Source: Gnetum montanum | Lineage: Eukaryota; Plantae; Gnetophyta | Reading direction: 5' to 3' | DNA: 64,000 bases | Assembly: GCA_015680685.1 (NCBI GenBank) | Contig: MNCI01003226.1 | Span: 62,001 to 126,000 of the forward strand | Part shown: positions 1 to 12,386 of the stretch, one piece after another | How positions within the stretch are numbered: the first letter of the stretch is position 1 | Layout of the letters: the number at the start of each line of letters is the position of its first letter | The notes under the pieces: model-generated | What the model saw: only the letters and a program-made list of their open reading frames with translations | Told to the model about the DNA's origin: nothing | The model's database searches: none | Translations under genes and position numbers: made by a program

Positions 1-278
1 TACAAGTTCACAGAAAATATCACTGAGGATCCAAAGATCAAAGAGTATACAAAGAAAACCAAGATTTATCATTCTGACTGCCCTTATTTAACGTCTGGAT
101 TTCAAAAGATGCACACTTAACCCTGTATAAAGTACGCCCTTCCCAAGAGTATCCATCAACTATAATTGAATTTGGGCTTCTCTTGCCATCGCTATCTGAA
201 TGAGTGACATATAAGCCCTAGCAGATACGACAGACTATTTTTTTCAAAGAAAAATAAAGGGAAATAACTACAACGGAC

Positions 279-413
279 CTCTACAGCGCTGTGAAACACT
301 CCGCCAAGACCGATGGCATCCTTCATGATCCTATTCAGTTGAACGATCGCCGAGTTTGTCTTGGTCGAGGCACTATTAGTCACATCATATATGTGAAGAA
401 CTATCTCCGACAT
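279..413 (-). CDS. DeSI/PPPDE-family putative thiol peptidase, first coding exon (gene continues left of the window)
   Basis: MSEIVLHIYDVTNS...DAIGLGGVFHSAVE matches the PPPDE N-terminus (VxLHIYD, GGxFHSAV with the catalytic His). GT donor at 278-277 after 45 codons. Confidence 0.85.
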
Positions 414-3400
414 TTCGGTTCCAGATCAAGATTTCTCCGGTAGCTCAAAATCCGTCTGGATCGCAAGAAACTTCAACAATAGAATCAAGCGATCCGAATT
501 TACCAATCCCAGTCACCGCCAGGGCTATGGAATAGCAACACTTCCAAGTTGCAGCATTTACCCTCAATCTAAAAATATAATCCAAGAGAAGGTATCTTTC
601 ACCTTGCCTTTCCCTTTCTGCTCAATCTTGGGGCGGAAGACTAAAAATTTGCAGAAAACGCATTTGTCATCTTTAGAATCTGCGAAAAATGAAATCTACT
701 TACTCCAACCAAGCCCTACTTTAAAAAGTTAAATGTTAACCACTCGAGACGATTAAAATTCTTACCAGTATTGCATGCGGCTTTTGAGGGGACGAAAAAA
801 TTATCCCGTGGCCGCAGAAATCAAAGAAAATTGAGAAAAAAAAAAGGAGAAGTGAATCGAATCGAGTTGCTTGAATCCAAGGAAGCAAGAAAAGAATCTA
901 AATCATGAATACATGATAGTAATCATGCAATTTGCAGGGCAGCGATGATGACGATGATAAAAACCATAGGATTCTGTAGGCTTCTGTCTGTAGCGCTACT
1001 GAATAGTCACTGTTTACACTCTAACTTCTGACGCCGTTGATTCCGTGGTTTGGATTTGTAGCGTAGAAAGTGATTGTTTAAATTGCACAAGATTTCCTTT
1101 TCTGAGTTCTCATCGTCCAAATGCAAATCTAGCACTTATATAGCGTTTATGGCAGGACAGATGTGCAATGAATCATGAATGGTACGCTTCTGTCTTAAAG
1201 AATTCTCGCTCTGGCGCGCAGCGGGGAAATCGATAATCTTTGCTCAAATTTTAATTTAGAACACTTTGTTGCTGAGATTGGCTGGCATCCTTGTTGAACC
1301 ACTAAATTATGGAAAAGCAAACAATGAATAAAAGTATTCGTCACCCACATGTTATGAAAGAAAAACTTCTTATAAAATAGTCGTTAATCATAGGCTTAAT
1401 ACCTAAGCCTATGAACTTAAAAATAAGCAACTTACCATCATCTGCTAACATATTTGAAGTAGTTAAGGGTGTTAAAATCAAAGTACACTTTAAGAATTAT
1501 AAGATAAATATTTTTTAAAAAAATGTTTTGGGTTCCAACACCCCTTCTCCACCCACCCATTGATAAAAAAACAGATGAAACCACACACATACACACACAA
1601 AAGATATGGAGGAAAAGAAAGAAAGAAAGAAACCACACACACAAGATATGTGGTGCCATTGATAGGTGGCTTAAGTACATAGCTCATCATCTTAGTAAGA
1701 AGTTGCCATTTTGAGTTACACTTAATTAAAAAAAAAAAAAAAGAGAAAGAGATGTAATTAGAGCTTGCAATTTAAAAACATCTAAATGTCAAGTAAGATT
1801 AAGAACAATTGACACAGTAAAGATCTTCCAAAAGATATGCATCATTTTTTGGAGAATCTTGCTTTGATACAAATATTAGTATTAAGACACAACTCTCTAT
1901 CTTAATTTCAAAGCTCCAAGTCATGGGTTCAATTCTAGTGGGCAATGCTGAGTTATAAAGTTATAATTGGACTATAGATCTTGGGTTTTACCTATATTAC
2001 AATTATTTTGGGGTTCCAACACACCCCCTGCCCCTATCAAGAATCCTTGGCTATTTTAAGTTCAAGCATGGATATTGAAAAATGATATAAATTTTGTTAA
2101 GACTAAGACATTCCTCCTTCGTACCAATTAATTTTCTTTTTTTTTTTCAAATTATTAGTTGTAAGGTTGTACATCTAAGTAAACAATCCTAAAATTTAAA
2201 AGTTTTTTCTTGGATCCAACAAACCACCCCCTTCCCACAATAAGTTTTTTATCTTTTTTTTTTTTTATGTTGTCTACTCAATGTTAAGCATGTGATGTAC
2301 TCTAAAGTTTCTTTACTCATTATTAGTATTTTTTAGGAGTTCTACACGCATTTGCTAATTACAAAAAATAAGGACTTGAGTTCAATTCTAACTTATTAAC
2401 TATTTTTATGCCTTTCTAACTTAACTTCGATCAATTTGAATTTCTTAGTAGCACTTTTCAAAAAATAATTAGGTTAGACTTGACCAAGGCTTTATCAAAT
2501 AAAATGTGTAGGGTTGCTTCATTTGGGTGTCTCATTTGAAACATACACTCTAATCTTTGTGTTAAGGGCTACACAAGCATCGTCAAGCAACATGTACTAC
2601 ACATTCAAGAAATGTATGTGTAAGCTAGTGATAGGTGGCTCAAATGGTTGGCTCATTGCATTCTTAGGCAAGAGGTTGCTGATTCCAATCATACTTGAAG
2701 CATCATTATATTCCTTTATAATTCTTGAAATATATCTTGTTGGCTACACTTCTTAGGATGTACTTGTGGTCATTCTTATTGGCTATACTTCTTGGGGTTT
2801 ACTTATATATTTGGTTGGCTATACTTGTTGCCACACCAATTTGTTGTTCATACCTCTTTCGTATTACCTAATATTCAACACCATAGAAGATAGAAGGTTC
2901 AATTGTTGTCCTATAAAAGTGAATGAATTGATTTTAAACTATAAGTCACCAATGGTAATTAACATAAGTTTGTAAGTGGTAATTAATGGAAGTTTTTTAT
3001 TATAGGTAATGGAAGTTTTACATTACACTGCCTTACTAAGTTTCATATTACTACGTAGGCCTTATCAAATGTGGGATTCTTACCATACAATGACTTGTCT
3101 TTCCTTATGTCTTCTCTTAAAATTATAAGGGTGTGTTTGATTACTTAAATCTCTCAAATTTATCTAGTTCTAGATAGATTACACTTGTGAAAGTGAATTT
3201 TTGAAATAATAATAAAGTAATTGAATTAGTCAAGTGAGGTTCACATCAGAATTTGAAGATTTTCTCATGCAAAATGAAACAACTTTTTTAAAAATGAAGT
3301 GTTAGTCTAGTGGTAAGGGGCTTGGCTTGGTAACCCCAAGTCACAGAGATTCTACCGAGTAGCATTAAGTTATAAATTAAATTTTTTAAAAAATCAAGTG

Positions 3401-3422
3401 AATGAATTTTAGTATTACACCA

Positions 3423-3790
3423 ATGTTGAATTATAAAGTCAACTAGCACTAATCTAAGAAGAGATTTGTTGTCCATGTAACAATATTTACACATTGTCAT
3501 TTTTTCCCACATGCATTAGATTCTATCCTAAAGCCTATCAAAAAAGAAAGATTATTTTGCTAAAAAATGCCGAATCATAAAATCAATAAGCACTAATAAT
3601 CTTGATAAAAATTCGTTGTTATTGTAACAATATTCACACACTGTCAATTTTCCCATTGAATTCTATCTTGAAGCCTATTTGAGAAGAAAGATTATTCTGA
3701 TAAAGAATGTTGAATTATAAAGTCAATAAGCACTAATCTAGGTAAAGATTCATTTTTACACACCATCAATTTTTTCCACATGTATTTGAA
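3423..3790. repeat. Degenerate ~142-bp tandem repeat, about 2.5 copies
   Basis: Units begin at ~3423, ~3567 and ~3707 (atg[t/c][t/c]gaat[t/c]ataaa[g/a]tcaa...gcactaat). Confidence 0.7.
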
Positions 3791-3933
3791 ACTCATATAT
3801 TTCATTGCCAATAAATGTATTGGACCAATCCTTGAACTCATCACAAATACGTGCTCACCTTGTACATAATTAGACATGATGCACACTATGCAACACACCA
3901 GCGACATGAAATTGCAAAGCTTAAAAAAACTCA

Positions 3934-6904
3934 TCTGCCATGACGTTAAATTGGCATAGTAGTTCGCTACGAATATAAATTGGCATAGATCGTCCTTGGG
4001 CTACAATGCTAAAACTGGCACCCACAACATTCGTTCACCACAACACTTAAATTGGCACAACTCGCCCTTGTGTCATGACATTAAACTAACACAACATTTA
4101 CCATTTGCTACGATGTTAAATTAGCACTCAGCAATCTATTAGGACCATAAACTAGCACCCCCAAGGTCTATCAAGACCTTAAATTGGGTTCACGATCTGC
4201 CAAGACCTTAAACTAAGTTTATGGCTTGGAGCACATGCATCATTGCTTCTTGCCAGTTTGCTAATCTTTTGGAGCACCTGCAACATCTTTGCATCTAGCA
4301 TGTAGCATTGCATTTCACGTTTTACGATTTTCTTGTCTTCTTAGAGTTGTGTTTGCAAGACAAAGCCTCAGAGGTGATTGTGCAAAGACACATCTCATTG
4401 CAGCAGCAAGTTGTCACATCACTCTAATGTGGATGATTAGGCTAGCTAAGCCACTCAAGAGTGCACATCTCCTTCACCCTGCTTTAGCCTATGCACATCT
4501 ACTCTAGCATTCCTATGTCTTAATCCTCTTGCATTCCCCACATTCTTCACATTCCCCTACATGCAAACCCTCTAATGCATACGTGCTGTAACGCACATGG
4601 CACACTCTCTTCACGTCACTCGTACAACCCATGATAGATGTCATGCAACTCGCCCCGTGGGAAGCCTCTGTTAGTTGGTCAAAGCCCAAGTGAATGTAAC
4701 ACAACTCGTCCCTAAGAGGAAACACTTGTTCTACAAATGTGACACGGTTGCATCAAAGCAAAGCCCATCTACTTGATGGCCAACACTTTGTAGCTAACAT
4801 TTAGCATTGTGCAAAACCCAACAAAGGTTTGCCTAGCAATAAAGCAAGAAAGCAAAAAGAAAAGAAAATAAAGAACGAGGAAAAACACGTCCTCAAGCAA
4901 ATTGATAAATGCTATAGTTTTGCAATCAGCCCAGCCTTGAAATTCACTCTTGACTCTCTCATGAGCACTCTAACGAGAGGTCAACATTTTAGGGGCAAGC
5001 CACTCCATGCCATGGTCACCGTCAACCATGCTGACTTTGCCTCTTGCATCATGATACACTATTTGCATTTCATCTCCCTAGCATTGCCTACATCCTTTGC
5101 CCCATCATACCCCTATCCATAGCACTCTTGAGCGTGGTGGAATGACATCCAATCTGGCATTGATGAGCGATGTTGGTGCCACGTCTGCTGTGGTGTTTTG
5201 CGATTCTTTGTCGATGTCTCTTGGGCCACTTCTCTAAACACCAACAAAGAGGGGCCAATGAAACACCACAAAATTTTGGGCTTCGACTTCTTAACCACAA
5301 ATTTAGCTAAGTGTTAGAACGATGACACTTTTTCCAAATTTTTCTAGGTGTTGAGACTTTGCTCTCCACTTTCGGGACTATGCTTCAAAGCCTAGTCGGT
5401 CTAGATAGAAGCCAGATTTTGCAAGATTTTCTCTAAATGTTGGACCTAATGCTCACTACACTTGGAAGTGTAGTCAGCCTCCCCTTGGAGCTTAGTCAAC
5501 ACTTAGCCACATTTTTCCAGTTTTTGCTAGACTTTGACTAGATTTTGCTTATGTTTGGGACTATGCTCTCACCTAGTCTAGAGCGTAGTCAAGCATCGAT
5601 GGCAAGAATAACCTCTAAAGGCCCCCACACCTTAGCATCAACATTGACATCAACTCCAACACACCTCTAGCGGTAGCATTTCTCATTTTTGCTTTCCCTT
5701 TTTCCCAAAAATTGTAACTACAGTCTAGAGCGTAGTCTCCAAAAGTTGCATTATTTTGCATTGGTTGGCATTTTTAGGTACATTGCAGTCCTCTTCATAC
5801 AGTTGGGTAGCGTAGTCATAGTCTCTCAACTTCACAAACTCCATCAGAGCAACGACACCACTCAACACCATTTGCCACACTACAGAGCGTAGTTGGGTTG
5901 GGGGGGGGGGGGGCATAGTCCCAACTACCCCAGAGCGTAGTCCCACCTACCACATTGCCATATGGCACTCGATTTGCATTTTGGGTTAACCCTAGCTCTA
6001 TAAATACTGCAGGACCCCCAACATTTTACCGGTTGGCATTCTCAAATGGTTGGCATTCCCAAGCAGTTGGCATTTGCAAATGGTGAGCAATTTGAACAAC
6101 AGGCAGTTTGAACAATTGGCAGTTTGAAATAGTTGGCAATTTAAAACACTTGGCAGTTTTTTGGGTGTTAGCATCTTGGCAATTTGGCATTTTGGTATAT
6201 TTTGGATAAATGAGACCCAAAGGGAGGAGAGTTTTTAGCATTTTGGCATTTGGACGAACGAGACCCAAGGGCATAGTAGTTTGGCATTTTGGCATTTGGG
6301 TGAACGAGACCCAAAGGCACACCAACAAACTGGAGAGAGGCAGAGTTGCAGATGATGTAGCCTTGTCGTAACTCAGCAGAACACCATTGCCCATAGTACA
6401 CCGCGGCAGCCAACCTAGCAGGCATAGACACCATGGCGAGTGTCAAACTCCATTGCACTTGTTGCATACCGCATACCTGCTAAACCCCTTTTTAGAGTTA
6501 ACTACGTTTCCATTTGGGGTGGTGTTCCATTTCTCTCTCCTATTTCTAACATTTTCTTTGCATTTTTTTTCCCATTTTCTCACATTTTTTTTAACATTTT
6601 CTACATGCAGTTATGTTGTACTACACTCGAGCGATAGTCTCTGCGGGTTGGCACCCTCATTTTGGCCGAAACCCTTGACTACGCTTGCCCGCGTTTTGTG
6701 ACTACGCTCTACACTTTGCACCAAAACACTGCTAAAATGCCTAGCATCGTTTTGCATCATCCACGTTGGCATTTCGGCTAACCACACCACCCCCTAGTTG
6801 CACTCGCCACCCTTGCAATCGACAAAGTCCTTGTTCAATCAACAAGACCATCCAAGGTTCTATGCTCTGCCACCAACCTGGGAGGGTTAAGGCTGCCACC
6901 GACA
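3934..6904 (+). mobile_element. Ogre/Tat-like LTR retrotransposon 3' remnant (3' UTR repeats, PPT, 3' LTR 5259-6904)
   Basis: PPT AAAGAGGGGCCAA followed by TGAAACACCACAAAATT at 5259 matches the reverse complement of 51152-51183 in element E. LTR ends ...CCGACA at 6904. TATA (CTATAAATA) at ~5998. Short aaattggca/aaactggca repeats at 3940-4230 resemble E's 3' UTR. Confidence 0.75.
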
Positions 6905-7362
6905 TTTTTGGTTGTTACAAAAGTCAATAAGTCAATAAGCACTAACCTAGGTAAAGATTCATTTTCACACACCGTCAATTTTTCCCACATGTATTTGAAA
7001 CTCGTACATTTCGTTGCCGGTAAATGTATCCCGGACCAATTCTTGAGCTCATCACAAATACGTGCTCACCCTGTACGTAGTCAGACATGATGTGTACTGT
7101 GCAGCACACCAGCGACATGAAATTGCAAAGCTTAAAAAAACTCGTTCCGGAAAATCTGCACACTGTAAGCTGTTTCCCAAAATGCAAAGTATCACATTTA
7201 CAATCAACCATGCGACAGGCATGCCTCTACTTTTTGCAGCAACAGTTAAATTTTGATACAGAGATACAAGTCAAAGGGTCATGCAATTTTGTAGCCAAAC
7301 TCGGATCACGAGCGATGCTGCTGCCACGTTTGTCGCAGAGCGAACTCGGCATGAGTAAATAC

Positions 7363-8940
7363 CTATGCATCAAAAGAATCTGATTCGTGGACGTGAGGAA
7401 TCGAGGATTCTTGATTCTGAACGTGTTGGGTACGTGTGCCTCAAAAAAAAGTGGGGACGGGTTCGTAGCCGGGGACGTGATAGAGAAAATTTAAATATAT
7501 TAATTTTTTTTAAAAATTAAATCTCATATATCATATAAAAAACGTTGTAGAATATAAAACAAGTACAATGTAAATTCAAAATATTGTTAATGCTTAAAAA
7601 TTGCATAAAAGATTGCAATGAAACATTAAGTATTGAGTCTCATGTGTATTATAAAATATTTTAGCATTATCATATATATATATGATAAAGAGTTTCTTGC
7701 CAAAGCTTAGAAATTGTCACATTGTTCAAATTCTAATTTTAACCTATATTTTCTCCTTGCTCTACTCTAAAAAGTAAATTTGTAGCTCTACTCTAAAGAG
7801 TAAATTTGTAAAACCTGCTTCATTTTGTTCTATGTCATTAATATCATTTGCATGGCAATCATCTTCATCAAGGATTGAATCATCAATATTAAGATTCATT
7901 GCTCCAGGAACATTAACTAAGTCAGTAGAATAACTTTCTCTATCATCAACTATTGGAACATCATCATCTTCTAGATTAACATCCCAACAAAGAATAGGTG
8001 ATTGCCTATATTTTATTTCCTTTCTTTCTTCCAATCTAATCATGCTATGAAGAGATACTAATTTTTCAACTCTTTTTGGAGTTAGACTATTTCTTTCGAT
8101 CCGATAAATGAAAAAATATGTTGACCAATTTCTTTCAGAAAAAGATGCAACCTACATAAATGATAAAAATAAGAATAAATTTTTGCATTGTTAAAAAATT
8201 CATTTTATAAATTATTCAAAACTTCATCAATAAACAAACTCATTTGAAACTTAAGACCTAATAGCCTATTAATTATGGTGTTTAAAAAATGCATGATATA
8301 TAAAACATCACTATTTCAAGTTTTCAAACATCACATTTCATAAATTAATTAAGAAAATTAATACATATTAATATTTGTTATATGTTTAATAAAAAAACTC
8401 ATCTGATAAAGAAACTTCACTGCTAAAGTTTGAAATCTAAGAGTATCTACTACTATCTCGACCATGCAAATTCCACCATCCAACTAGATCTTCTTGAGCT
8501 ATTCTATCCATATCAAGTATAGCATCTTCACATTTAAATGCTTTTATATGTCCTTTAGTAAATTGAAGCCTATTCTTACATCAAAATCAAAATCGTCACA
8601 AGGCCTTGTTGGATTTAATGCATATTCAGCCATATTCTTAATATTTAATGCATATGCAGCCATATGCAATGNNNNNNNNNNNNNNNNNNNNNNNNNNNNN
8701 NNNNNNNNTATTGGACGCGGATGCAATTTGCAGGAAACAGGTAAGATTTGACGCGATTCGCAGTAAAAATAGGTAAGATTTTAATCGACAATGAATGTTC
8801 TCGTTGAGAGTTGAAAAATCGAACCAAAAATTATAATTTACGTACCCAATGCGGATTTTTCACGCTTCTGTGAGCGTGCCCGAATCCACCTCGAACGGTT
8901 CGTGAGATTTTCTTGGGAATCGCGAATCTCCGGCGCATAG
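7363..8940 (-). mobile_element. hAT DNA transposon, internally deleted derivative (assembly gap at 8672-8708)
   Basis: 8-bp TSD GTAAATAC at 7355-7362 and 8941-8948. Imperfect TIRs CTATGCATC... / ...GGCGCATAG. Minus-strand remnant of the hAT dimerisation domain (WWNLHG; SERNWSTYFFI...RNSLTPKRVEKLVSLHSMIRL). Confidence 0.85.
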
Positions 8941-9071
8941 GTAAATACAGTTTGGCATCTCCCCACATTTCTTGCATGAACCATTATAGAAAGCCATATC
9001 TTCCGTAACACAGGACCGGCTCATGGCACAGAAGTCAAAGAAAGCAAGAAAGAAACAGAGTAGAAGAATTC

Positions 9072-10737
9072 ATGGCATCTTCAGCTGCTGAAGCTCAACA
9101 CAGACGTCTGGTTTGTGTCACTGGTGCGTCAGCCTTCATCGGCTCATCCCTCTTTGCAAGCCTGCTGGAGAACGGCTTCTACGTTAATGGCACTGTTAGA
9201 GATCCTGGTAAAGCTTTTCATGCAGTTAAATTTATCGTCGTTTAAGATGAATAGAACAAATTATTTTATAAAGCTCATCATAAAGTGATGATAGGGTGCT
9301 TGTTTTGCAAATTTGTAAGGCTCGAACTTGGGTTCTAGCCTGTGGGCAACTACGATTATTGGCAGGTTAAGCTTTGGTTTGTGCAAAAGAAGAAATCATG
9401 GTATATTTTTGTTTTGTCAGAAAATGTTGCGAAAGTTGGGCACCTGCTGGGACTTCCTGGAGCCGAGGAAAGGCTGAAACTCTTCAAGGTGAATCTTGAA
9501 GATGAATTGGCATTTGACGCACCTGTGCAGGGTTGTGAAGGGGTTTTCCATGTCTCTTGTCCCGTCAATCTCGACGGCTCTGCTCTGCGAGTAAAACAGG
9601 AAATGGTGGAATCATGGAGTTAATTTTCGACGAATTTTTGCTCGGAGTTTGATTTATATTTTGTTTTTGTGCAGGGAGATGTCGTGGGTCCTGCATTGAG
9701 GGGCACGGTGAATGTTCTCAAGGCATGCGTGAGATCGGGCACCGTGAAACGGGTGATCCATACCTCGTCCGTGGCCGCTGCCAGATTCACTGGAAAATCG
9801 GTGCCCAATGACACTGTTGATGAATCTTGTTGGACTTCCGTTGATTTCTGCCGGAAAAATAAACTATACGGCTGGGTATGTACGCCACATTCCTGATTTC
9901 TCTGGTGAATAAACTTCCGTAACCTAAATTGTTTCGAACATATCATAACAATTATACGTCTGATTATGGGTTTGATAATTCAGATGTATTATGTGGCCAA
10001 AACCTTCGGGGAAGAAGCTGCTTTGAAATTCGACTCCAAGCAAATGAAAGTAATCAGTATACTACCATCTGTAACGGTCGGAGGCTTTTTCACTCCATCC
10101 ATTCCAGTAAGCTTATCACCTGTCATGGCTCTGCTCACAGGTACAGTTAAAAAACTTAAACCTCAGATATCCATATAGCATAAAGCCACAGGTCTTTTTC
10201 TTTTAAATCTTAAAATTACACTAAAAGTATGTCTTCATTTTTCTTTTGCAGAAGATGGAAATTATTGCTCTTATTCCTAAAATTATACTAAAAAGCCTCC
10301 TAATTTTGATTTAGCAGGGGACGGAAATTATTGCTCATACTTTCCTCGCACACCGTACGTGCATGTAGAGGATTTGGTAAGGGCTTACATTTTTCTTTAT
10401 GAAAACAAAGATTCCCATGGGCAATATCTATGCTCACTTCTGGATATTACCTTGGAGGAACTTGCCAAAATGTTTCAATCTTCAGACGGATCTTCCCACC
10501 TTGTAAGACCAGCCAAAACTGGCATGCATTTATTCTTTTCTTTTTAAGGATTGAGATGATTAGTTACCTTAACAAGTAGTTTTGTAATGCAGTTTTGAGG
10601 ACCTTCGTCAGGATTATGTGTTTCCATGTGTGGACTCTGGGAAGCTCCGGGACCTGGCATTTGAGTTCAAGTTCACAATGGAAGACATAGTGGATGATTG
10701 TGTCAGAGTCTTCAGGAAAAAAGGCCTTCTCCGTTGA
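9072..10737 (+). CDS. NAD(P)-dependent epimerase/reductase, DFR/CCR/ANR-like. Exons 9072-9207, 9421-9590, 9675-9875, 9984-10140, 10318-~10520, 10593-10737; last junction unresolved
   Basis: [47 protein letters not shown], catalytic YYVAK (YxxxK), [19 protein letters not shown]. The first four introns are GT-AG and in frame. Confidence 0.85.
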
Positions 10738-12386
10738 GCTTCTGTTTTAGCAGCAAACAAAAATATTCCCTTCAAAGAAATAATTTATAGGGAGATCTAT
10801 TTATGTTACACCCGTAATCTCACGCAGCCATGTATATTATATAAATAATATTTCCGCATTTCCTTGTAGTTGAGGCTGGGAAATTGTGGGAAATTGTCAA
10901 TGGCATGGTCGCATTGAGTTCTGTAAATTATGAATATAGCAATGTTATATACGTTGAAAGCCAAATAAGTTGAAAGTATCATAAATTACTCATTTCTTTC
11001 CCATGTTTATCCCTAACATTACGTCGAAACTAAAACTCGGTCTTAATTCTTTTAATACAAAGAAACATGGAAATAAGTTTATCGTTCACTCAATTGGATT
11101 CCCGTAAAATAATTGGTTGTGGATTTGGATCCCATCACGGTCATGCAACCTGCTCACTCAACTCCGTCGACCATTATTAAAAACATAATAGCCTAAGATC
11201 AATGTGTAATATAATAAATTTAGAAGAAATGTAGAGTCTCCGTTCTTCACTCTATAAAGACCTAAAACTTGTTTTTGGAATAATAATAAATGATAAGCCA
11301 ATGGGATTCCACGAAGGTTTTTTCTTTTGTTTTTCCTTTTTGTTTTTTTGTCATAGGGTTCCTTAAATTTGTAAAAGGAATATATAAAGTGGTAACAATC
11401 TTCGTATGGAAATTCTAGGTTACTGGATTTTAAACGAAATCGGTAGATGAGTTATGGATTTTTTAAAAAGAAAAAGCAGTTTTAATTAAATTCAAAATGG
11501 CAAGGAGCAATGGATTCAAAAAAAAGCACTAAATTATGATTTTTTTATTACTAAAACCAAAAAAGCAGTTGGATTAAAAAAAGCACTCATAATGGATTTC
11601 TGTAAAACTAAAAAGCAAATTTTAAATTTCACATATATCTAAGAAAAGCACTGAATTATAGATTACAAAAATACCTAATAATGAATTTTTAAAAAGTTCT
11701 GTATAGATAAGAGCACTAAGTTCTTGTGTATCCAAGACTTCGCTTATAACAATGCAAAGAACAGCTTTAAAACAAAAGTCTTGATCTTAAAAGCAATTGC
11801 TAAAAAGTTTCTCAACTTCATACCTAGCTTCTTTTTCATCACTAATAATATTTATATATAAAAAAGCTCTTTTATCATTTGCATGGTCATGCCATTTATT
11901 AAGAGCAAATATTATATCAGTGTTTAAAAAGTCAGAAAATATATTCGCTCTGGATGTTTTAAGGATTCCAATAAATAGACAAGTCAGGAACAACTCATAT
12001 TTAAAAGTCTAAAAAATCATACTTAAAACTATTAATTTCCTTCCAAAAATAAAGTTTGTTATAAAAATTAAGTCAACAAACATTCTAATCCTGCGACTAA
12101 TCGCTAAACCGACCATGTACGGCCGAATTGAAAAACCATGTATCAAATCACTCCATTAAATCCTACCACTAATTAAAATGAAACCCAGTGGCCACCACCC
12201 TGTTCGGACACGTCCTTACGCAGACCGTCGTGTGTTCCTCCAATTCCCAAACCCAGTACAGAATCCGCGCTTCCAACCCACCAACTCCGCGCAAAAACAC
12301 AAGTCTCCTGCGTACCAAGGACCAAAATCCGAAGCCAGCGACAGCAAAAGCCGAGGCCAGGCCAGGGGCATTCCGTATCCAACAAA

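Noticed and set aside
1380-3400. Recurrent GGTTCCAACACCCC motif and a possible PIF-type TIR at ~3129
   Set aside because: Probably degraded repeats, but no paired termini or TSD could be established.
11380-12080. AAAAGCA-rich segment, possible MITE
   Set aside because: Boundaries and TSD are not identifiable by eye.
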